DNA of 9,093 bases from Octopus sinensis (taxonomy: Eukaryota). Position numbers and translations under genes: made by a program. Positions 1-8,179 of the stretch are shown in pieces (position 1 is the first letter of the stretch; each line of letters starts with the position of its first letter). The notes under the pieces were generated by a model. It saw only the letters and a list, made by a program, of their open reading frames with translations. It was not told the DNA's origin and searched no databases. The stretch is from assembly GCF_006345805.1 (NCBI RefSeq), contig NW_021828127.1, positions 1-9,093 on the forward strand, given 5' to 3'.

Positions 1-39
1 GTGTCAACGTGTACAAATGCAAAGCAAAAGTCAAACATA
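1..39 (+). mobile_element. 3' terminus of a Dong/R4-like LINE (same subfamily as 1266-1758), running off the window edge
   Basis: 34/39 identical to 1719-1757 (…TGTACAAAT..AAAGCAAAAGTCAAACATA) and, like it, followed by an AAT-type tract. Confidence 0.8.
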
Positions 40-41
40 AA

Positions 42-77
42 AAATGATAATATAATATAAACAATAATATAATAATC

Positions 78-126
<49 letters not shown>

Positions 127-175
127 ATAATATATTATAATAATAATATAATAATAATAATATAATGATAATAAT

Positions 176-218
<43 letters not shown>

Positions 219-273
219 TAATATAATAATATAATAATAATAACAACAATAATAATAATAATAATAATAATAA
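42..273. repeat. Degenerate (AAT)n microsatellite
   Basis: AAT units with scattered substitutions and indels. Confidence 0.95.
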
Positions 274-275
274 AC

Positions 276-787
276 TGGCTCTCATGGCTTCTGTTCTTAA
301 CTGATTGGAAGTGTTATCAGGTACATTATTTTGTCTTTGTATTAAAAGATGCACCACAGCAAATATTCTGCTCAATACCACAGATTTGCTTGTCAGTTGC
401 TTGACCTTAACTAGTTGAGCATGTCCCTTAGTGGCTGACGATATGTGCATCTCTGATCATGAGCAGAAGTAATGGGGGAGCATCGTAGCCATGTGTTGAG
501 AGGAATTGTTTGAGGTTTGAATAATTCGACACTGGAAACATGGGTGTTTCGTTCAACATCCTTAAACAACCCTTATTTAAGGATCATTTGAGCGCGATGG
601 GCTACTCTGCCCGAGGAAAATTCTAACTGAGCCCCATCTTCAAGGTCATGTGTTGTCTAACTTAATAGATCACCATGTCGGGCACATATGGTTGTGATGC
701 ATGTGCTTGGTGTACCTTTGGATATACTGTGCTTCGTATATTCGTGCCCCAGTGCCACTTTGTTGGCATTACTGCTCTCCAACACAA
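276..787 (+). mobile_element. Non-coding interspersed element 'B', copy 1 (slightly 5'-shorter), inside (AAT)n
   Basis: Collinear with 2707-3260 over about 510 bp. It starts ~25 bp inside copy 2, lacks ~20 bp after GGTGTACC, is flanked by AAT tracts, and has no credible ORF. Strand is inferred from the neighbouring LINE pieces. Confidence 0.8.
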
Positions 788-795
788 GGATGATG

Positions 796-863
<68 letters not shown>
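796..863. repeat. (AAT)n microsatellite
   Basis: About 22 near-perfect units preceded by GATGATGAT. Confidence 0.97.
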
Positions 864-864
<1 letters not shown>

Positions 865-1250
865 GTGGAAGCACTCTGTCGGTTGCGACGACGAGGGTTC
901 CGGTTGATCTGATCAACGGAACAGCCTGCTCGTGAAATTAACGTGTAAGTGGCTGAGCACTCCACAGACACGTGCACCCTTAGCGTAGTTCGCGAGGATA
1001 TTCAGCGTGACACAGAGAGTGACAAGGCCGGCCCTTTGAAATACAGGTACAACAGAAGCAGGAAGTAAGAGTGAGAGAAAGTTGTGGTGAAAGAGTACAG
1101 CAGGGGATCACCACCATCCCCTGCCGGACCTCGTGGAGCTTTGGTGTTTTCGCTCGCTCAATACACTCACAACGCCTGGTCTGGGAATCGAAACCACGAT
1201 CCTATGACCGCGAGTCCACTGCCCTAACCACTGGGCCATTGCGCCTCCAC
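864..1250 (-). mobile_element. tRNA-derived SINE, apparently full length
   Basis: Minus-strand head GTGGAGGCGCAATGGCCCAGTGGTTAGGGC. A box TGGCCCAGTGG at 1228-1238 and B box GGTTTCGATTCCC at 1183-1195. Perfect 9-bp stem at 1100-1124 and near-palindrome at 897-922 close to the 3' end. The tail runs into (ATT)n. Confidence 0.88.
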
Positions 1251-1265
1251 AATAATAATAATAAT

Positions 1266-1757
1266 ACTGACAGAAAGATAGATGCAAATAGACCAGACAT
1301 CATAGTGAAAGACTTCAGACAAAGAACATGCCTCCTCATTGATATGACTGTCTCAATCGATATAAACGTATCTGTCAAGACCTACCAAAAACTGAGCAAA
1401 TATAAAGATCTTGAAATAGAAATCAGTAAAATATGGAACCTGAAGACTAAAACAATACCTGTTGTCATAGGTGCCCTGGGAATGATAGCGAAAGGGACTG
1501 ATTGCTACCTAACTCAGATACCAGGAAACCTCAAAATGGCAGAAATTCAAAATATTCTCTATGTAATCCCAAGGTTTAAAACAAAAGTTTCTTTGTTTTT
1601 TTTTGTATTAGACATTCACTAGTACAACACACAAAAAAAACAAATATATGGCACACTAGGCATAACAACAACGTGAACTTCCAACCTGTTGTCTCTTGAG
1701 GTCTCTGGGTGAGACTTGGAGCCAACTTGTACAAATATAAAGCAAAAGTCAAACATA

Positions 1758-1758
<1 letters not shown>
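1266..1758 (+). mobile_element. 5'-truncated R4/Dong-like non-LTR retrotransposon, subfamily A: RLE C-terminus plus 3' UTR
   Basis: Peptide TDRKIDANRPDIIVKD…CLLIDMTV…K..QKLSKYKDLEIEISKIWNLKTKTIPVVIGALG matches the PD-(D/E)XK restriction-like endonuclease of R2/R4/NeSL-type elements. A frameshifting deletion lies near 1550 and the relic stop TAA is at 1564-1566. (AAT)n flanks both sides. Confidence 0.88.

Positions 1759-1848
<90 letters not shown>
1759..1848. repeat. Perfect (AAT)~30 microsatellite
   Basis: Uninterrupted AAT units between two LINE fragments. Confidence 0.98.
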
Positions 1849-2277
1849 CTTATTGATCGACATGAGCATCTCCTGTGATCATAATATCTCAGCGAAAGAG
1901 TTTGACAAGCTCAGAAAATATAAAGACCTACTCATTGAAATTGAGAAAATGTGGCATCTCAAGGCGGTTACAATACCAGTGATCGTGGGAGCACTAGGAA
2001 TGATCAAGAAGGGAACCGAAAATTATATGAGAATGATCCCTGGCTTACCATCCCTGCAAGAAGTGCAAAAGATTGTCTTAACTGGTACATCACACGTATT
2101 GACAAGAGCATTGTCGATGTGAGAACTGTTGCTGCTCATGTATTTTAATTAACTTAAAAATGAACGAACTATTGAGTTTGGTTTAATGGCCTACCAATGT
2201 ATACTAGAGTTTCTTTGCCCTAGGAGTCGGGAAGACACTCGGCAAGAAATGGAAGCAAATTTGAAAGAAGAAAAAAG
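1849..2277 (+). mobile_element. 5'-truncated R4/Dong-like non-LTR retrotransposon, subfamily C: RLE C-terminus plus a different 3' UTR
   Basis: Open frame LLIDMSISCDHNISAKEFDKLRKYKDLLIEIEKMWHLKAVTIPVIVGALG…RALSM* (stop ends 2122). It is 43/73 aa identical to fragment A. The ~155-bp 3' UTR is followed by (TAA)n. Confidence 0.88.
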
Positions 2278-2351
2278 TAATAATAATAATAATAATATAA
2301 TAATAATAATAATAACATAATAATACTGATAATAATAATGATAATAGTAAC
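2278..2351. repeat. Degenerate (AAT)n microsatellite
   Basis: AAT units with AAC/GAT variants. Confidence 0.93.
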
Positions 2352-2460
2352 AATGATTTCAAATTTTGGCGGGATTTGAACTCAGAAAGTAAGATGCCGG
2401 AATAAACGCTGCAATGTATTTCGTCCGTCGTGTTTACTACCCTGCGAATTCCGTTGCTCT
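2352..2460 (-). mobile_element. Decayed, probably internally deleted tRNA-type SINE remnant
   Basis: Minus-strand B box GAGTTCAAATCCC (2371-2383) joined directly to a tail-like AAAATTTGAAATCATT running into ATT repeats. The A box is not recognisable. Confidence 0.55.
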
Positions 2461-2677
2461 AATGACGGTGATAATAATAACGATAGTAGTGGTGATTATA
2501 ATGATGATGATGATGATGATGATGATGACGACGACGAGGATGATGGTGGTGGCTAATGAAGACGATGACGACGACAATGATGATGATGATGATGACGACG
2601 ACGATGATTGCGACGACGATGAAGATGAGTATGATGATAATGATGGAGATGTCACTAACAACAACAACAACAACAAC

Positions 2678-2706
<29 letters not shown>
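2461..2706. repeat. Compound trinucleotide microsatellite (GAT/GAC/AAC/AAT)
   Basis: Successive blocks of ATA/GTG, GAT, GAC, AAC and AAT units. Confidence 0.95.
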
Positions 2707-2708
<2 letters not shown>

Positions 2709-3260
2709 GCCCTGATGCAGTACCAGGCAGTGGCTCTCATGGCTTCTGATCTTAACTGATTGGAAGTGGTATCATGTACATTGTTTTGTCTTGGTATAAA
2801 AGATGGGCTACAGCAAATATTCTGCTCAATACCACAGATTTGCTTGTCAGTTGTTTGACCTTAACCAGTTGAGCATGACCCTTAGTGGCTGACGACATGT
2901 GCCTCTCTGATCACGAGCAGAAGTAGAGGGGGAGCATCATAGCCATGTGTTGAGAGGGATTCTTTGGGGTTTGAATAATTCACCTCTGGAAACATGAGTG
3001 GTGGTTCTTCAACATCCTTAAACACCCTTATGCAGGGACCTTTTGAGCGGGATGGGCTACTCAACCTGAAGAAAATTCTAACTGAGCCCACCTGCAAGGT
3101 CATGTGCTGTTTATCTTGATATGAGATCACCATGTCGCACATATATGGTTATGATGCATGTGCCTGGTGTACCCTTATCAGACGGGTAGTCATGATGGGT
3201 ATACTGGGCTTCGTCTATTTTACCCCAGTGTCACTTTGATGGCATGCACTGCTTTCACTC
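2707..3260 (+). mobile_element. Non-coding interspersed element 'B', copy 2 (longer, possibly full length), inside (AAT)n
   Basis: Begins ATGCCCTGATGCAGTACCAGGCAGTGGCTCTC and ends GGCATGCACTGCTTTCACTC. Homologous to 276-787, with AAT tracts on both sides. Confidence 0.82.
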
Positions 3261-3265
3261 AAAAT

Positions 3266-3267
<2 letters not shown>

Positions 3268-3339
<72 letters not shown>

Positions 3340-3357
3340 TAATAGCAATAACAATAA
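3268..3357. repeat. (AAT)n microsatellite
   Basis: About 23 perfect units followed by degenerate ones. Confidence 0.97.
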
Positions 3358-3799
3358 GAAGAAAGCAGCATAATAGAGAGCGTCGGAGATAGGCAAGAAT
3401 TGTCTTGATGCAAATAACGGTAGACCTTAATTACTGGAAGGTCAGATAATTTCTAATATTAGACGAGTTGATTTATGCAACTTAACGAGCTAAAGAGTTC
3501 AATAATCGCAGACAGCTATAAACACCTCTGCCGTCACACAGAGTCAACCCGACAGCCACATTCGGACACGTATTAAGAAAGAAGCGAAGACACAAACGCA
3601 TATGTGAAAAACAAAAACACAAACATATACGCAAATTGAATAAAAAAATATATATATTTTTAAAAATAAAACCACTTTTTTGTGTGTTTAAGTGTCTTCA
3701 GTAATGAAAGACGAAAGTGTGATAGAATTAAAATTGGTTATAATGTAATTTTCTTTCTTTTGTTTATAGAGACCACCCTCTCTTCTACACCCCCTTCTC

Positions 3800-3927
3800 A
3801 TCCACAATATACACACATACATTGTATATGCGCATATGTGCATTATACATAAATATATATAGATAATACATGATATATATATTATCTTATATATATATAT
3901 ATTACATATATATATATATATATATAC

Positions 3928-3961
<34 letters not shown>

Positions 3962-4196
3962 CATACATACATATATACATACACATATATACATATATAC
4001 GCAATATTATACATTGTAATATATATATAGAGAGAGAGATATAGATATAGATATATACACACATATACATATATACATATATATACATATATATACGCAT
4101 ATATTATACATTGTAATATATATATAGAGAGAGATAGATATAGATATAGATAGATACACACATATACATATATACATATATAAGTATATTATATAT

Positions 4197-4228
<32 letters not shown>

Positions 4229-4260
4229 GATATATTATATTATATAGATATATATTTAAG
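3800..4260. repeat. Compound (TA)n/(TACA)/(GA) microsatellite containing a ~96-bp tandem duplication
   Basis: TA-dominated tract. The motif ACGCA.(A)TATTATACATTGTAATATATATATAGAGAGAGA starts at 3999 and again at 4095. Confidence 0.92.
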
Positions 4261-4297
4261 ATAGATTACACGGTGTATATGACACATACGTATACGC

Positions 4298-4600
4298 TCT
4301 CTCTGTTTATCTATCATTGTCTTCCTCTCTCTCTCTCCTTCTCTCCCTCTCAATCTTTGTAACATATATATATATATATATAATATATATATATATATAT
4401 GTATAAGTATATATATGTGTGTGTGTACGTATAAGTATATATACATATATATAATATATATATATTCATTATATATTTATATATATATACATATATATAT
4501 ACATACATATATATGTATATATGTATAAGTATATGTGTGGTGTGTGTGTGTGGTGTGTGTGTGGTGTGTGTGTGTGTGTGTGCGTGTGTGTGTGTGTAGC
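4298..4600. repeat. (CT)n, (TA)n and (GT)n microsatellites in series
   Basis: CT-rich ~4298-4350, TA-rich ~4364-4533, GT-rich ~4534-4596. Confidence 0.92.
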
Positions 4601-4669
4601 CTTTGTGGACTTTTCTTCTACCGTGTTACTACTTCGGTTTCATTACTTCCGGAATTCAGTTGTCTGCTT

Positions 4670-4990
4670 CGGAGCTCTTTCCTTTCTCTTTCCTTCTTTC
4701 TTTACTCTCCTTCACTTCTCTCTTCTAAGTCTCTTTTCTTTTTTTTTCCTCTCTTTCCTTTCTTCTTGTTTGTCTGTTTGTCTTTTTTTGTTTGTTTTTT
4801 TGCAAATTTTGTCTTAGTTCGAAATCTTCATAGCACATATTTGTGTGTGTGCGTGTGTGTCTGTCTGTGTGTGCATGCGTATATGCGTGTGTGTGTGTGT
4901 ATGTGCCTGTCTGTGAGTCTGTGAATGTGAGTTCGCGTTTGTGTGTATAATTGTAAATACGTACGGCTATATATACATATATATACTTAT
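4670..4990. repeat. Polypyrimidine low-complexity tract followed by degenerate (GT)n/(TA)n
   Basis: CT/T-rich 4670-4802 and GT-rich ~4842-4945. Confidence 0.85.
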
Positions 4991-5083
4991 CCACAGATAC
5001 GCACGTACACACATGTATACGAGTATTTGTTTTTTTAAGTTTGTTGATTCAGTTTATTAGAGTCTGAATTTCCTGATTTTCAT

Positions 5084-5282
5084 GTATATATACACACACA
5101 CACGCAAACACACAAACACACATACACACACACATATATATATGCTTACTTACACACAAATATATACATATATATAAATGCATACATATCATGTACTATA
5201 TGGTTGTACATATACATAAAAAACAATATATATACATATATATATATATACATAATTATATATATATATATATATACATATA

Positions 5283-5332
<50 letters not shown>

Positions 5333-5424
5333 CATATATATACATATACATATATATATATACACATATATATATGTATATACATATATATATATAACAT
5401 AATCATATATAATATATATAAATA
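5084..5424. repeat. (CA)n then (TA)n compound microsatellite
   Basis: Directly visible dinucleotide tracts. Confidence 0.95.
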
Positions 5425-6197
5425 GAATGTTTTTATATATAATGAACGTGAAATACAGGAAGGGACGAACACGGAACACAGACAAATCATTCGAAGCCTT
5501 CAATCTTCAGTCGGACACCGAATCATCATAGCAAATTTCGGCTGTTCAATTCTGATATTTGCTCCAACTCGGCCAGCCCCAAAAAAAAACTAAGCTGTAA
5601 GCATTAGATTTCTGGTAGAAGACAGGAATGTGAACGCACAAGACGGATGTAAATACAAGAGACGAAAACGAAATTGAAAACAGTATGAATAAACAAATAT
5701 ATATAACGGTGGTTGTCATACGACTTTAGACCAAATGAGACAAAACAACAACAACATAGCAGCTGGCGTAGAAATAATTACCGTTTCGGTTAGCGGGGAC
5801 ACATGTTGGTCAAGATACGATGGCCAACAGAATGTTTAAGAATCAGCAGGTCGCAGGAGAGAGAGAGAAAGAGAGACAGAGAGAGAGGGAATCAAAGAGG
5901 GTGGAAGGCAGGGGACAGAATCATGACCAAGAGAAAAGGAGAAAAGAAGGGATTAAGGAGGATGGGAGGAAGAGGGGGGAAGAATCGGAGGGCGCCAAAA
6001 TAGTTTGGTGAAGAAGCAATGGCGGGTAGGAAAGACAGTGTGTATAGAAGTCGTGCAGGGTTTAAAATTGGACAAACAAACGGGGGGGGGTGCACGTAAC
6101 GCCGCAATAATATAAGAATGAATGTTTTTATATATAATGAACGTGAAATACAGGAAGGGACGAACACGGAACACAGACAAATCATTCGAAGCCTTCA
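5425..6197 (-). mobile_element. 773-bp non-coding element with perfect 78-bp direct terminal repeats, inserted in (TA)n; Penelope-like pseudo-LTR or retrozyme-like
   Basis: 5425-5502 is identical to 6120-6197 and both outer flanks are (TA)n. The family and strand are inferred from the partial-tandem layout and a degenerate CTGAAGA…CGAA motif on the minus strand. Confidence 0.6.
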
Positions 6198-6302
6198 TAT
6201 ATATATATATATATATAGATATAGATTATACATATATATATAATATATACATATATATATATACATATATATATATACAATATATATATAATATATATAT
6301 AT

Positions 6303-6354
<52 letters not shown>

Positions 6355-6690
6355 ATATATATATATACATAGATATATATATATATAGATATATATTATA
6401 TATATCTTATATAACATATATATATATACATAATATATATATACATATATATATATACATATATATATACACATATATAGATATAATATATATATATATA
6501 TATATAGATATAGATATCGATATACATATAATATATATATATACACATTATATATATATATATGTATATATTATATTATACATATATATATATATACACA
6601 CACATAAAGACAATATATGCCATATATATACATACGTATGACTACGTATATGCACACACACGCAAAGGCGCACATATATACACATATATA
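6198..6690. repeat. Degenerate (TA)n/(TACA) microsatellite
   Basis: Directly visible. Confidence 0.95.
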
Positions 6691-7149
6691 GCTATCAGTG
6701 TATGTGTATTCTCTAGTTCTGTAGCTTACCATCGCCATTTCGGTTTTAGTTTTTGAATATTTTATATTTTCACTTGTTTTTTTTTTTATGGGGGGGGGAG
6801 CATCTTTGTTTTGTTTTTGCTTTTTTTCTATTTTTTCTCAGTCTCGTCATTCAATTTTTGTTTTTATTTATGACTTCTTTCAACCAATAAATTGTCCATT
6901 TATATAATATTAATAGACTCTTTTGAATAATTTTGCATCTTATTATATCCATTGCTTCACATTTATCTCTGCCAATTACAAAACGTCGCAGCTAGACACA
7001 GCAATCTTCAACAACGATGGCGGTTACTTTAGCCTTAACATCTTATCTCTGTGTTTAAATATAAAGCTGCGAATTAAATGCACCGTTAGGGTAACAAATA
7101 TATTATTCTGTGCCGTCTCTAATAACGATAGTGATACTTTAAGAAGGTA

Positions 7150-7557
7150 TACTCTTTACTCTTTTACTTGTTTCAGTCATTTGACTGCGGCCATGCTGGA
7201 GCACCGCCTTTAGTCGAGCAAATCGACCCCGGGACTTATTCTTTGTAAGCCCAGTACTTATTCTATTGGTCTCTTTTCCGAACGCTAAAACCCGCTTATA
7301 ACGGGGACGTAAACACACCAGCATCGGTTGTCAAGCAATGGTAGGGGGACAAAACACAGACACACAAACAACATATATATATATACATATATACGACAGG
7401 CTTCTTTCAGTTTCCGTCTACCAAATCCACTCACAAGGCATTGGTCAGCCCTGGGCTATAGTAGAAGACACTTGCCCAAGATGCCACGCAGTGGGACTGA
7501 ACCCGGAACCATGTTGTTGTTTAGCAAGCTACTTACCACACAGCCACTCCTGCGCCT
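7150..7557 (-). mobile_element. tRNA-headed CORE-type SINE, copy 1, with internal (TA)n
   Basis: Minus-strand head AGGCGCAGGAGTGGCTGTGTGG, B box GGGTTCAGTCCC, CORE-like GTGGCATCTTGGGCAAGTGTCTT, and tail …GACTGAAACAAGTAAAAGAGTAAAGAGT. Homologous to 7716-8135. Confidence 0.88.
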
Positions 7558-7715
7558 ATTAAAATTTTCTTGTAAAAGGTTGCGTAAAAGATTTTCTTCG
7601 GATCTTCACTGGTGACATTTGGCAACTTGTACCCTATGTTTTGCTATGAATTAGATACAACTTTTGGTGTAGTCGTTGCAGAGCTGTTTATTCTTTATTT
7701 TGGTATGTAATATAC

Positions 7716-7880
7716 AGGTGCAGGAGTGGCTGTGTGGTAAGTAGCTTGCGTACCAACCACATGGCTCCGGGTTCAATCCCACTGCGTGGCACCTTGGGCA
7801 AGTGTCTTCTACTGCAACCTCGGGCTGACCAAAGCCTTGTGAGTGGATTTGGTAGACGGAACTAAAAGAAGCCCATCGTA

Positions 7881-7942
<62 letters not shown>

Positions 7943-8135
7943 GGGGGTGTATTTCTGTGTCTGTGTCTGTGTTTGTCCCCCAACATCGCTTGACAACCGA
8001 TGCTGGTTTGTTTACGTCCCCGTAACTTGGTGGTTCGGCAAAAGAGACCGATATAATAAGTACTAGGCTTACAAAGAATAAGGTGCTGCTCCAGCATGGC
8101 TGCAGTCAAATGACTGAAACAAATAAAAGAATAAA
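7716..8135 (+). mobile_element. tRNA-headed CORE-type SINE, copy 2, with expanded internal (TA)n and a 27-bp deletion
   Basis: A-box-like TGGCTGTGTGG at 7727-7737 and B box GGTTCAATCCC at 7770-7780. GTGGCACCTTGGGCAAGTGTCTT resembles the MIR/CORE motif GTGACCTTGGGCAAGTYACTT. (TA)n at ~7879-7938 and an A-rich tail. Confidence 0.88.
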
Positions 8136-8179
8136 ATAATATAAACATTCATGGTTTATTTTTATTATTTACAGCTTTG

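Noticed and set aside
433-480. Hammerhead in element B (CTGACGA at ~434 and ~2889)
   Set aside because: No stem II followed by GAAA and no stem I/III pairing. I also could not build an HDV-like or twister fold by eye.
1181-1250. A genuine tRNA gene
   Set aside because: A and B boxes are present, but there is no proper acceptor stem or clean anticodon arm, and it continues into a SINE body.
1071-1622. 183-aa ORF as a host gene
   Set aside because: It is a chimera of antisense SINE, (AAT)5 and a truncated LINE endonuclease, with a frameshifted end.
3362-3600. Unique sequence with short inverted repeats (GACCTT/AAGGTC, AGTTG/CAACT)
   Set aside because: Stems of 5-6 bp are expected by chance, and there is no ORF or family signature.
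4670-4835. Polypyrimidine tract plus TTAG as a 3' splice site or microexon
   Set aside because: No convincing exon or donor follows, and such tracts are common in this low-complexity context.
5478-5515. Functional hammerhead on the minus strand (CTGAAGA…CGAAT…GTC)
   Set aside because: GAAA is GAAT, the 10.1-11.1 pair is U/C, and stem I does not pair. Kept only as a possible decayed motif.
76-6756. Numerous ORFs encoding poly-L/I/N/D/M/T or YI/CV repeats
   Set aside because: They are stop-free readings of AAT, GAT, TA and GT microsatellites and have no protein-like composition.
7575-7605. AGGTTGCGTAAAAG as the left mariner TIR
   Set aside because: Only a loose resemblance, and the right TIR is outside the window, so it cannot be verified.
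7707-8145. TAATATA as a target-site duplication of SINE copy 2
   Set aside because: A 7-bp AT-only match in AT-rich DNA is not significant.
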